Positions 11,184 to 20,366 are shown, counted from the first letter of the stretch. The stretch is DNA of 64,000 nt from a virus (IMGVR_UViG_2974794945_000001:229273-293272), one strand, 5' to 3'. Program-made: numbers and translations. The notes: generated by a model not told the origin, from the letters alone.

Positions 11184-12124
11184 TTAAAATCGAAGCTACA
11201 ATACCAACAGGTTATGGCAGTACATCAACTCGTTCGGAAGTAAAGATGGGTAAGATGCCTGGTGGTGAACTTCACCCCACAATCCCACCACACCTTGCCT
11301 GCTATCCCGATTACAAACTAATCGCAGATACACGTAGTGCTGAAGACATCATGGCGATCTTGTTGACTGTTGATGCCCTGCGGCGACAATGTGCTACCAA
11401 GAATCCCAGAGTCTCGTTGGAAATTGGTTACGTTCCTTACGCCCGGCAGGATCGGGTTTGTAATCCAGGGGAATCATTGAGCATTGCTGTTTTTGCTGGA
11501 TTGATTAACTCGTTGAATCTTGACGAAGTAATCATTGTTGATCCACACAGTGATGTTACACCTGCATTGATTAACAACGTTACAATTGTTACTCAGACCG
11601 ATGTGTTGAAACAAACACTGATCCGTGAGCATTGTGCTATTTATTATCGGGATGTAGCCATTGATCCAAAAGAATGGATTCTGGTTGCTCCTGATGCGGG
11701 TGCGGTTAAAAAGACCGAAGCTCTGGTAAAAGAGTTTGGTTTTAAAGGGATTGTTTATGCAAGTAAATTGCGTGAACTTTCTACGGGCAAAATTGTTAAG
11801 ACCTCGTTGGACCGTGTTGTCTACGATGGCACCACTCAACCACATGAATCATTGGCTGACCAGAAAGTGTTGATTGTTGATGACATTTGTGATGGTGGTC
11901 GTACATTCCTGGAATTGGCTAAAGTCATCCAGCCTTACGAACCCAAGCAACTGGATCTCTTTGTCACCCACGGGATTTTCTCTCAGGGTCAAAAAGAACT
12001 TTGTAAACATTTCAACCGCGTAATGTCGTCAAACACATATCGCATGGACGCCATCACTGATTTTGATAATCTTGAAATCAATGATCTCCTGGCACTTACC
12101 GAAATTCGTTTTCCCTACCTGTAA
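11180..12124 (+). CDS. ribose-phosphate pyrophosphokinase family protein (Prs-like; candidate ADP-ribose pyrophosphokinase, Adps)
   Basis: DALRRQCATK..IGYVPYARQDR matches Prs N-domain. PRPP-binding loop VLIVDDICDGGRT. 314 aa. Confidence 0.8.
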   Translation: MIKIEATIPTGYGSTSTRSEVKMGKMPGGELHPTIPPHLACYPDYKLIADTRSAEDIMAILLTVDALRRQCATKNPRVSLEIGYVPYARQDRVCNPGESLSIAVFAGLINSLNLDEVIIVDPHSDVTPALINNVTIVTQTDVLKQTLIREHCAIYYRDVAIDPKEWILVAPDAGAVKKTEALVKEFGFKGIVYASKLRELSTGKIVKTSLDRVVYDGTTQPHESLADQKVLIVDDICDGGRTFLELAKVIQPYEPKQLDLFVTHGIFSQGQKELCKHFNRVMSSNTYRMDAITDFDNLEINDLLALTEIRFPYL

Positions 12125-12136
12125 ATAGGAGCTTCA

Positions 12137-13966
12137 ATGAACGCACTCAATGCAGCAACAGCAACCGATTTTTACAAACCTGGTCACGGTCCATTGTACC
12201 CAGCGGGTACTACCCGTAAGTACTCGAACTTCACCCCACGTTCGGCAAAGAACTTTATTCGTTCTAAAAGCTGCTCATCGTTCTACGACAACAAAGTCGT
12301 AAACTTTGGTCTGTACGGCAGCTGGCAAGAACTGGTTGCTTTGTGGGATCGCACGTTCTTCCAGGTTTCCAAAGAGAAAGCCGTCAAAGCCATCAAGCGT
12401 CGTTTTGATAATGCTTGCGGCCCAGACGTTATCTCGGTTGCCCAAATTGCTGCGCTGCATGATGTAGGCTTCCTGCCTGTCACCGTGCTGTCCATCGAAG
12501 AAGGTAATCGTGTTAATGTTGGTATCCCACTGTGGGTTATCTATAACTCGGAAGAATACCCAGAGCACTACTGGCTGGTTAACTACCTGGAAACCGTAAC
12601 CAGTTCTTACAACTGGCAATCCATCACCAATGCCACCATTGCTTACGAATATCGTCGAGTAATGGAACACTGGGCTGAAAAGACTTGCGATAACAATCTG
12701 CACGTCAAGATCCAGGGTCATGATTTCTCGTTCCGTGGGATGCCTGGTCCAGAAGCTGCCGCTCGTTCAAACTCTGGTCACTTGGTTTCGTTCATTGGTA
12801 CTGACACTATCCCAGCAATCGACTACGTGGAAGAATATTACCACGCTGATAGCGATAAAGAAATTCTGGGTGTATCGGTTACTGCAACAGAGCACGCCGT
12901 GGCAACCGCCAACATCCTGACCATGTTCAAGCACCGCTTCGATGCTGTATGGGATGCTAACCACGGGGACATGGACATTGTTGGTCCATTGCTGGATAAA
13001 CTCAAGCTTGAGTGTGAGCGTGATTACATCCGTCAAATCATCACCGAAAAAGTAAACAAGGGCATTATCTCCCTGGTTTGCGATTCGTTCGATTTCTGGG
13101 GCGTCATTGCAGAAGTACTTCCATCACTGCGTACTGAAATTGAAGCTCGGATCAAGAATGAAATTGGTCTGGCTAAAGTTGTAGTGCGTCCTGATTCCGG
13201 TGATCCTGTTAAAGTCATCACTGGTTTTAAACTGGTTGAGTACAACACTGCAAAAGAATTCGATGATGCATTGTATAACCTCGGTTGGGAAGCAGTCAAC
13301 GGCGAAGCTGTCCGGGTAGGTGACAAGTATTACGAACTGCGTAACCACGATGCTCCAAATGCATTCCAGGCTCAGTCAACTTACGAAGACTTCCTGGGTC
13401 GTGAAATGTCTCGCGCAGAAGCTATCGGTGCCATTGATAGCCTCTACGAATCGTTTGGTGGACATGTAAACGGAAAGGGCTACAAAGTCCTGAATGAATA
13501 CATTGGCTTGATCTACGGTGATTCTATTACTGTAGAACGTGCTGAACAAATCTTTGAGCGCCTGGAAGAAAAAGGTTACGCTTCTTCTAACGTTGTTCTG
13601 GGTATTGGTTCGTTCACTTATCAATTCAACACTCGTGATACTTTTGGCATGGCTATGAAAGCCACCGCGTGTGAAGTTAACGCCGAACTGATTGAACTGT
13701 ACAAAGATCCAAAAACTGCTGCTTCCAAGAAATCTGCTAAAGGTTTCCTGCGCGTAGTGCGTGATGCTGCTGGTAACTATACACTGGAACAAGAAGTAGA
13801 AATGGACTGGAAAGATCTGTTCTACGGTTCGGGTGAATTGAAACCACTGTGGCACAACGGTAAGTTCCAGCGCGCTGAGTTCTTCCGTGATGCCCGTGAT
13901 CGTTTGGACCGTACATTTCTGCCTGCAGATACTGCTGCGGTAAATGATGGTTTTGAAGTAGCCTAA
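12137..13966 (+). CDS. nadV: nicotinamide phosphoribosyltransferase family protein (NadV/NAMPT-like; candidate Namat), with about 100-aa extra length
   Basis: NAMPT-family length and motifs (GTDTIPAIDY, GIGSFTYQ). Immediately downstream of the Prs-like gene. Confidence 0.75.
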   Translation: MNALNAATATDFYKPGHGPLYPAGTTRKYSNFTPRSAKNFIRSKSCSSFYDNKVVNFGLYGSWQELVALWDRTFFQVSKEKAVKAIKRRFDNACGPDVISVAQIAALHDVGFLPVTVLSIEEGNRVNVGIPLWVIYNSEEYPEHYWLVNYLETVTSSYNWQSITNATIAYEYRRVMEHWAEKTCDNNLHVKIQGHDFSFRGMPGPEAAARSNSGHLVSFIGTDTIPAIDYVEEYYHADSDKEILGVSVTATEHAVATANILTMFKHRFDAVWDANHGDMDIVGPLLDKLKLECERDYIRQIITEKVNKGIISLVCDSFDFWGVIAEVLPSLRTEIEARIKNEIGLAKVVVRPDSGDPVKVITGFKLVEYNTAKEFDDALYNLGWEAVNGEAVRVGDKYYELRNHDAPNAFQAQSTYEDFLGREMSRAEAIGAIDSLYESFGGHVNGKGYKVLNEYIGLIYGDSITVERAEQIFERLEEKGYASSNVVLGIGSFTYQFNTRDTFGMAMKATACEVNAELIELYKDPKTAASKKSAKGFLRVVRDAAGNYTLEQEVEMDWKDLFYGSGELKPLWHNGKFQRAEFFRDARDRLDRTFLPADTAAVNDGFEVA

Positions 13967-13972
13967 TTGGTT

Positions 13973-14008
13973 GGGTCCCTTCGGGGACCCTTCCTATTTT
14001 CTTTTTTG
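13973..14008 (+). terminator. rho-independent terminator
   Basis: gggtccc-ttcg-gggaccc followed by T-rich run. Confidence 0.65.
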
Positions 14009-14024
14009 TTGTGAGGTATAGTAA

Positions 14025-14609
14025 ATGAGTTGCTGCAATGATTGTAAAAAAGATGAAGGTGAACGAGTGGAGTTTGACGTAGGTATTAACTTCAATACCA
14101 ATAACTCGTATCATCCAGATTTGATTGGAAAAAAGATCAACTTCGTCAGCGGCTTTCTAGTAACAGCTGAAGGGGCAATGCCTAAGGGTGGGTTTCAAAT
14201 ACAGTTCCACAGTTATGGTGCCCGTAAACACATCAACATTTATCGGAACCGCTTACCGTTTGATGAACTGATGGCTACTATTCAGTTTAATGAAACCACA
14301 GGTCATTTTGTGGTACAGCAATTGACTCGGATAGAGTTTGAAAAAGTTCAATTGATTTTTACCAAAGAGCATGTTGAAGAAGTACAGTATCAAGAACTGG
14401 CTCTAGGTGTATACCGTGTACCTAACTTGGATGCAGGTATTCAACTTAGTGGACACTTGGATATCGATGATTACACTTTAACACAACTTCAAATTGGTCT
14501 GCGTAGAATTAATAGCTGGCCAGCGCTGGTATTGCACCATAGTCAAGAACTCTGTGTATTGTTTACTCCCGAACACCCTACTTGGAAAAATGACGCGTTG
14601 TGGCAATAG
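14025..14609 (+). CDS. hypothetical protein (194 aa), N-terminal CC..C cluster
   Basis: ORF. Confidence 0.55.
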   Translation: MSCCNDCKKDEGERVEFDVGINFNTNNSYHPDLIGKKINFVSGFLVTAEGAMPKGGFQIQFHSYGARKHINIYRNRLPFDELMATIQFNETTGHFVVQQLTRIEFEKVQLIFTKEHVEEVQYQELALGVYRVPNLDAGIQLSGHLDIDDYTLTQLQIGLRRINSWPALVLHHSQELCVLFTPEHPTWKNDALWQ

Positions 14610-14632
14610 TGTGTAATTAACGGGAGCATTCA

Positions 14633-16054
14633 ATGAAACAATATTTGGCAATGCAAAGGGACATTTTGACCCTGGGTACAGAAAAACAAGATCGCACTAA
14701 AACAGGTACGATCTCTTATCCGGGGATGATGGCACGTTACGACATTAGTGATAATCGTCTAGCTGTAACATCAACCAAAAAACTTCATCTGAAAACAGGA
14801 CAAGTTGAAGAAGACTGGATGTTCTCAGGTGATACACGACTAAAGTTTCTGAAAGATAACAACTGTAACATTTGGGATGAATGGGTATTACCTGGTACGG
14901 GTACCTATCGTCTACGTACATTAAAAGAAATGCGTCGTGTATATGTGCGTAACCATTTTGGCTGGGATGAACCAGGCTTCTTTAATGCACCTTTATCAGA
15001 AGAACAAAAGGGCTACTGCAATCTAGTTCATACCGAAATTGATTTTGACATTTACGAAGTGGTACCCACCACATTGTCTAAACCTCGGCACATGGTACTA
15101 GATAAATCAGATCCAAATAAAAATTGGCTTAACTGGATTAATCCTGACGATCCAATGTGGGTTAAGTTCTACACTGGTTTGAATATCTCCGATCAAGAAG
15201 TTGTTGATGGTGAATTGGGTAAAGTGTACGGTGCTATGTTTCGTAGCATTGAAGATACACGCATTGTAAAAGATGCGTCAGCCAAAGAAACATTGGCCAT
15301 GAAAAAACGTGGGTTTACCTTTGAAGGTGAACTGGCAGGCAAGCGTTCTGTGTTTACTCGGAACATTGACCAGCTGGCAAATCTACTGCATGATCTTGAA
15401 CATAACCCAGATTCACGTCGTTTGATTCTTTGCCCATGGAATCCAGCGTATGTGGATGAGCAAGCCTTACCACCTTGCCATTCATTTATTCAATTCTGGA
15501 CACGTGAAATTCCTGCGGAAGAACGTTACAACATTTACGTGAAACGTTTTGAGCGGGAAAAAGCTGAACTGTTTGACGATATTGCTCGCCGGGGGCGGGC
15601 AGATATCTACACAGTCCATGTACCGTATCCACTAAGTTCTTTCATGCATGTTGAAAACGATGCATTGGTTCGTGATGAATATAAACTACATGCCTATTTG
15701 GATGAGCTTAATGTTCCTCGTCGTGGTTTGACCTGTATCTTCTACATGCGCTCCAACGATAACTTTTTGGGTGCTCCGTATAACCTGACGTTTTATTCGT
15801 CGTTGACGCACAAACTTGCTCACCAGTTTAATATGTATGGTGAAGAGCTAGTGCACATGGTCGGTGATGCACACATTTACCTGAACCATTTGGATCAAGT
15901 AAAAGAACAGCAACTGCGTACTCCGGATGAAGATATGCCACGACTAAAGATCAAATGTCCTGTAGGTACTTCCATTCTGGATATGACCTTTAATGATCTT
16001 GAAGTTGTTGGCTACAATCCACAACCGGCTATTCCTGCGCCCGTAGCAGTTTAA
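14633..16054 (+). CDS. thyA: thymidylate synthase (ThyA family) with two large insertions (473 aa)
   Basis: N-terminus MKQYLAMQRDILTLGTEKQDRTKTGT and NIWDEW match ThyA. Active-site region DSRRLILCPWNP...LPPCHSFIQFW. TCIFYMRSNDNFLGAPYNLTFYSSL matches ThyA SCQLYQRSxDxFLGxPFNIASYALL. GDAHIY-NH and C-terminal GYNPQPAIPAPVAV. Confidence 0.85.
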   Translation: MKQYLAMQRDILTLGTEKQDRTKTGTISYPGMMARYDISDNRLAVTSTKKLHLKTGQVEEDWMFSGDTRLKFLKDNNCNIWDEWVLPGTGTYRLRTLKEMRRVYVRNHFGWDEPGFFNAPLSEEQKGYCNLVHTEIDFDIYEVVPTTLSKPRHMVLDKSDPNKNWLNWINPDDPMWVKFYTGLNISDQEVVDGELGKVYGAMFRSIEDTRIVKDASAKETLAMKKRGFTFEGELAGKRSVFTRNIDQLANLLHDLEHNPDSRRLILCPWNPAYVDEQALPPCHSFIQFWTREIPAEERYNIYVKRFEREKAELFDDIARRGRADIYTVHVPYPLSSFMHVENDALVRDEYKLHAYLDELNVPRRGLTCIFYMRSNDNFLGAPYNLTFYSSLTHKLAHQFNMYGEELVHMVGDAHIYLNHLDQVKEQQLRTPDEDMPRLKIKCPVGTSILDMTFNDLEVVGYNPQPAIPAPVAV

Positions 16055-16061
16055 CGTCATA

Positions 16062-16090
16062 AAGCCTCCCTGCTAGGGAGGCTTTTATAT
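16062..16090 (+). terminator. terminator hairpin agcctccctgctagggaggct + ttttatatt
   Basis: 8-bp stem; weak T run. Confidence 0.45.
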
Positions 16091-16099
16091 TGGAAGATT

Positions 16100-16303
16100 A
16101 TGATCACATTAGTTGTTGGATGCATTTTACTAGCAATGGGTATCATTGGTGGTGGATTCCTATTATGGGCGTGCATTACCAATTACATCGAGAAAGATGA
16201 TCAGCTCAATTATTGTTTCGGTGCACTGATTAGTTACCTAGTGCTACTTATGGTAATGGTTGCTATTGCCATGGCTGAAAAACAATACCTGATGAACAAC
16301 TGA
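16100..16303 (+). CDS. small hydrophobic membrane protein (67 aa, two TM)
   Basis: ORF dominated by hydrophobic stretches. Confidence 0.5.
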   Translation: MITLVVGCILLAMGIIGGGFLLWACITNYIEKDDQLNYCFGALISYLVLLMVMVAIAMAEKQYLMNN

Positions 16304-16310
16304 GGTTAAC

Positions 16311-16616
16311 ATGCAAAGTAATCTAATTGTAGCAACTGTCTACCCAATCACTGGTTGTGATAGTGTTGGGTATGTTCGTGAAATCAAACAAGACGAAAAT
16401 GGTAAGTATTCTTTTGTCCGTACAAACTCCGTTGAACGTGCACAGTTGTTCGGCGCGGAAGTTAATGCGGTAATTGATTGGATGCGTAAGGAATGCCATT
16501 ACGATGGCCTGGACACAATCTATTCATTTAGCCCATTTCCAGTTAACAACCTAACCCGTATGGTGGAAGTTAGTACTCTTTCAGAACAAGCCGAGGCAAA
16601 TGATGTTCAGGCGTGA
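16311..16616 (+). CDS. hypothetical protein (101 aa)
   Basis: ORF. Confidence 0.5.
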   Translation: MQSNLIVATVYPITGCDSVGYVREIKQDENGKYSFVRTNSVERAQLFGAEVNAVIDWMRKECHYDGLDTIYSFSPFPVNNLTRMVEVSTLSEQAEANDVQA

Positions 16617-17127
16617 ATTAACCATTAGTGAACGTTGCAGTTTGATTAACCTGCGCAACGATACACGCATGACCGGGCGGCGTTCCAACGAAGAATTTAT
16701 CACTCCGGAATCACTGTGTAAGTTTCATGATCGCACTGTGGCTGAAATGACTACTTTGTTGGATACCAAGAAAGCCCCTACGCATACGACTAATCCATAC
16801 CCATTGGTTGAAGTAGTTGAGTGGCTGGCTAACCAAAACAAATCGTTAGATGCTGCCATTGTTACTGACGATTTGAATTTTAGTTCTACTACACATGGGT
16901 ATCTGGAATTTTTTCTAGACAAAGCTTTGCAGGGGGAAATACAACGAGTTAAAAATACCACCATTCGTTTAGATTTTCCAAAACAAGATGCCCCGACTAC
17001 GACCATGCATCTTTATGAAAACGATATGTTGATCCGTCGTCCAAAAGACGCTACGACGTATGTATACTTCTGTGCCATACAACCAGTAATTGACAAAGAG
17101 ACTGTACACGATGCAGATTCAGATTGA
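16600..17127 (+). CDS. hypothetical protein (175 aa)
   Basis: ORF. Confidence 0.5.
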   Translation: MMFRRELTISERCSLINLRNDTRMTGRRSNEEFITPESLCKFHDRTVAEMTTLLDTKKAPTHTTNPYPLVEVVEWLANQNKSLDAAIVTDDLNFSSTTHGYLEFFLDKALQGEIQRVKNTTIRLDFPKQDAPTTTMHLYENDMLIRRPKDATTYVYFCAIQPVIDKETVHDADSD

Positions 17128-17545
17128 TTTAGCTACTAAACGTCCAGGTTATAAAGAAGCATTGGACGCGTTCATAGAACGAAATAAAGTTCATGGTACT
17201 TTGGTAGAGTGGGGCAATCCACCTATGGGTGCCTACAACACACCTGACCGTAAACTGTGGCGCATGAGTCAAGTAAACCCCGGACAAGTCTGTGCTGAAC
17301 TTGTAGAGCCTGAGTTTGATGCATCTACCGGTATATTTACCTTTCAAGTAGCACCTTACGGTCCGCGTCGGGATATGTTTGAAAAGTATGTTAAGGAACA
17401 AAAAGATTTGGCCCTTAATAGTCGTATGACTGTAGATGGAATGAACGAAGTTGTAGAGCTTCTACAATACAGTCTTGTTCCTATTGCTGAACAAGATGAC
17501 ATGGTCCTACAATCCACACGTAAAGTTAAAAAGAGTAGCAAATGA
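17090..17545 (+). CDS. hypothetical protein (151 aa)
   Basis: ORF. Confidence 0.5.
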   Translation: MTKRLYTMQIQIDLATKRPGYKEALDAFIERNKVHGTLVEWGNPPMGAYNTPDRKLWRMSQVNPGQVCAELVEPEFDASTGIFTFQVAPYGPRRDMFEKYVKEQKDLALNSRMTVDGMNEVVELLQYSLVPIAEQDDMVLQSTRKVKKSSK

Positions 17546-17835
17546 AAAAGAAAGATTGGATTGCTGAACTGGGTAAAAACGTAATCATTGGGGCCTGTTT
17601 TGTTTGGTGGTTTATTATTCGTTGGTTTGAACCACGTGAAAACTACAAAACTTTTGCGTTGTATCTGACTGCACGCCCTAACATGGGTTATGCTACACGG
17701 AAACTGTTAGAACAATTTAAAGCAACATTAAAACCTGATGATGTAGTACGTGTTATTCAATCGCCAGGTTGGTATCCAGATAGTACCACATGGACTTTTT
17801 CTTATAAAGACGTAACTTGGAAAATAACAGAGTAA
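17542..17835 (+). CDS. small membrane protein (97 aa)
   Basis: ORF; TM segment VIIGACFVWWFIIRWF; ATGA overlap. Confidence 0.5.
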   Translation: MKKKDWIAELGKNVIIGACFVWWFIIRWFEPRENYKTFALYLTARPNMGYATRKLLEQFKATLKPDDVVRVIQSPGWYPDSTTWTFSYKDVTWKITE

Positions 17836-17855
17836 GATAATACTCGTATGGTTTA

Positions 17856-19244
17856 TTGATTGCGGTGAGATTGCCGCTTTCAATATCCTACGAGGTCGTT
17901 ACAATGTCTGAAGCAGAAGTTGTACAAAAAGAAATCAAAGCAGGTTTTGGTGTAGTAGAAAAAGATCGTAAACTTGCGCGCATCGTTATCATTGACGATG
18001 TTGTTCCACACCCTAATGCTGAACGCTTGGAACTTGCTGTAATTGGTGGTTGGCAACTCTGTGTCAAATTGGGCGAATACAAGAAAGGTGATCGTGCCGT
18101 TTATTGCGAGATCGATTCCCTGCTACCATTGTCCAACGTAGAACTCTTTGGTTTCCTGGAAGAACGCCGTTCTGATAACCGTCGGGTTGATGGTGTTAAC
18201 TTTCACCGGCTGAAGACTATCAAACTGCGTAAAGAAATTTCACAAGGTCTGTTGGTTCCAGTGCCAGCTAAGTTTAAAGATTCTCCGGTTGATACTAACC
18301 TGACTCTAGAACTGGGTATCTTGAAATACGAACCACGTGCACCAATGGAGCCATCGAACAAAGAAGCTCGCGGTTCTGACTGGTACTCTCGTTTGATTCG
18401 TAAGATCATTGGTAACCTGGATGGTTCACTGATTCCTTGGCCAGCTCAACTGACTAAGTCTGATCAGGACCGAGTACAGAACAAAACTGTTGCCTTCACC
18501 CTGGCTAAAGAAGCCGGTGAAGTATTTGAAGTTACCTACAAGCTTGATGGTAGCTCGATGACTGTGTTCTGCATCAACGATAAAGGTGTCCGTACTGGTG
18601 TGTGTTCTCGTAATTACGAGCTAGGTCTGGGTGAAGGTAATTGGTCGTTCTCTGAACAGCTGCGTCATTGGGTTGGTGCTTTCCTCATCCGTAACCGTAA
18701 AGTAGTTAGCTTGAAGAAAGTTCCTTTGGAAGAAGGTGGTTTCAAACGTAAACTACATTGGACTGGTATTCACATTCCACAGTGGTTGAAAGGTAGCATT
18801 GCTACTGAGAACAACTTCACTCGTTATGTGAAAGAACATGAAGTTACCAAGGCGCTGCGTGAATACCAAGCGCGTACTGGTGAATTCATTACTGTTCAAG
18901 GTGAATTGATTGGTCCGGACATTCAGTCTAACTTTGAAGGTGTAGACAAACACGAATACCACGTGTTCTCTGTGTACCGTAATGGTAACGAAGAAGTCTT
19001 GCCTGAAGAAGCTGAAAAGATTGTTAAAGAACTGGGTCTTACTTACGTTCCAATCTTTGATCGTGCGTTTGTAATCAAACCAGAACAAGGTGTTAAAGAA
19101 ATCCTGGAATTGGCTGAAGGTCAACGTGCTTTCAATCCAAAGAAAGGTACTTACCGTGAAGGTCTGGTATTCAAGTCAAAATCTCGACTGATGTCCTTCA
19201 AAGCCATCAGCAATAGCTACCTTATCAAAAAAGCAGACGAATAA
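17856..19244 (+). CDS. ATP-dependent RNA ligase (covalent nucleotidyltransferase; Rnl-type with N-terminal OB-like domain)
   Basis: Motif I TYKLDGSSMTV (KxDG), motif IV REGLVFK (EGxV), motif V KAISNSYLIKK. N-terminal roughly 110 aa looks like an OB/beta-barrel module as in Rnl5/NgrRnl-type ligases. Confidence 0.6.
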   Translation: MIAVRLPLSISYEVVTMSEAEVVQKEIKAGFGVVEKDRKLARIVIIDDVVPHPNAERLELAVIGGWQLCVKLGEYKKGDRAVYCEIDSLLPLSNVELFGFLEERRSDNRRVDGVNFHRLKTIKLRKEISQGLLVPVPAKFKDSPVDTNLTLELGILKYEPRAPMEPSNKEARGSDWYSRLIRKIIGNLDGSLIPWPAQLTKSDQDRVQNKTVAFTLAKEAGEVFEVTYKLDGSSMTVFCINDKGVRTGVCSRNYELGLGEGNWSFSEQLRHWVGAFLIRNRKVVSLKKVPLEEGGFKRKLHWTGIHIPQWLKGSIATENNFTRYVKEHEVTKALREYQARTGEFITVQGELIGPDIQSNFEGVDKHEYHVFSVYRNGNEEVLPEEAEKIVKELGLTYVPIFDRAFVIKPEQGVKEILELAEGQRAFNPKKGTYREGLVFKSKSRLMSFKAISNSYLIKKADE

Positions 19245-19249
19245 CATGG

Positions 19250-19274
19250 GTAGGCCTTCGGGCCTGCTTTTTGT
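19250..19274 (+). terminator. rho-independent terminator
   Basis: gtaggcc-ttcg-ggcctgc + tttttgt; identical hairpin at 43885. Confidence 0.7.
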
Positions 19275-19296
19275 CAACTAAACCAAGAAGTGAAAT

Positions 19297-19611
19297 ATGC
19301 ACGATTCAAGCGTCATTCATCCATTTTTCAAAAATAAACCCAAACAAAAGAAAAAGAAATACGCCGTGAGTAGCGTTTATATCCGTGGTGCGACATCGTA
19401 TTTAATCGATGCTATCCGTTGTTTGCCGCCAGAAGTATACCCACGCACTGCTGAAATTATTGCTATACTGCAAGAACCTAGATCGGGTAGTAGTATCGTA
19501 AGAATTGACCATAAAAAGACATGGTTTCTTCGGCGTCCTTATGAAACTATTTTGGTCACCGATTACCTACACACAACCATTTATGAAGTGAAACATTTTC
19601 TAGATAAATAA
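19297..19611 (+). CDS. hypothetical protein (104 aa), Lys-rich N-terminus
   Basis: ORF. Confidence 0.5.
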   Translation: MHDSSVIHPFFKNKPKQKKKKYAVSSVYIRGATSYLIDAIRCLPPEVYPRTAEIIAILQEPRSGSSIVRIDHKKTWFLRRPYETILVTDYLHTTIYEVKHFLDK

Positions 19612-19624
19612 AAAGAGTTATTAC

Positions 19625-19717
19625 CGTGAAAAAACTGATGACCATGTGTGTAGCACTATTAATGGGTCTGGTATTAGCTGGTGCCACTATGGCAGCTATG
19701 CAAGTGACCGTAGTTAA
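19625..19717 (+). CDS. candidate micro-lipoprotein (about 26-30 aa; ..MTMCVALLMGLVLAGC|HYGSYASDRS)
   Basis: Small ORF below the 60-aa cutoff, GTG 19625 or ATG 19637. Signal peptide ending in lipobox LAGC. Confidence 0.3.
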   Translation, partial: REKTDDHVCSTINGSGISWCHYGSYASDRS

Positions 19718-19738
19718 AACACATAACCTGGAATCCAA

Positions 19739-20350
19739 ATGACTTACGAAGAACAACGTAAATCTGATATTGTACATATCACTGATCTGCAACAGAATCT
19801 GTTGCGTAAACCACAAATGTGGAAAGATACATCAATGATTGAAAGCAAGTGGATACGTTTGCTGGCCGGTGAAGAACCAATTGATGATTTCATATACGCT
19901 ATTAACTATCTGTTGAAGCACTGGCTTAGTCAAGAGAACATTACTTGTTCGGCAGGTATGCATCTCTTTGCTTACTTTCAAGTCTGGGCTTGTTTTCCAC
20001 AACATATCCGTGACCAACATACGTCTACACTGGAAGCTATTCAAGAATTCCTAAGACGTCCTGAATGTACACTGATGGTTTTTCTTGATGTACTGGATGG
20101 CCCACATGACGTTAGTGAATGGGTAGACATCTGGTGGGATCGGGATGTACTAGAAACTTACGTCCGGGGCAAAAAAGAAGAACTTGAAAATCCACCGTTT
20201 AACTTTGATCTGGATAGAATGAAAGCGTCCATTGAATCAGGCACTATTTCAATTCCTCCTGGACTTGCAGGTAAAGGTGAATTGCGTGCTTATTTGAAAA
20301 ATCGGTTAATTGAACTGGATAAAGATAATGGCCAAATCGGTAAGGTATAA
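19739..20350 (+). CDS. hypothetical protein (203 aa)
   Basis: ORF. Confidence 0.55.
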   Translation: MTYEEQRKSDIVHITDLQQNLLRKPQMWKDTSMIESKWIRLLAGEEPIDDFIYAINYLLKHWLSQENITCSAGMHLFAYFQVWACFPQHIRDQHTSTLEAIQEFLRRPECTLMVFLDVLDGPHDVSEWVDIWWDRDVLETYVRGKKEELENPPFNFDLDRMKASIESGTISIPPGLAGKGELRAYLKNRLIELDKDNGQIGKV

Positions 20351-20366
20351 AGACGGCACTCGGATC

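Noticed and set aside
12275-13855. Several minus-strand ORFs (12275..12721, 12767..13036, 13376..13855) inside the NAMPT-like gene
   Set aside because: Antisense to a strongly supported long coding region; low-complexity translations.
14633-16054. Inteins as explanation for the ThyA insertions
   Set aside because: The inserted segments do not begin with Cys/Ser/Thr nucleophiles or end with His-Asn, and no LAGLIDADG/HNH block is visible. More likely genuine insert domains.
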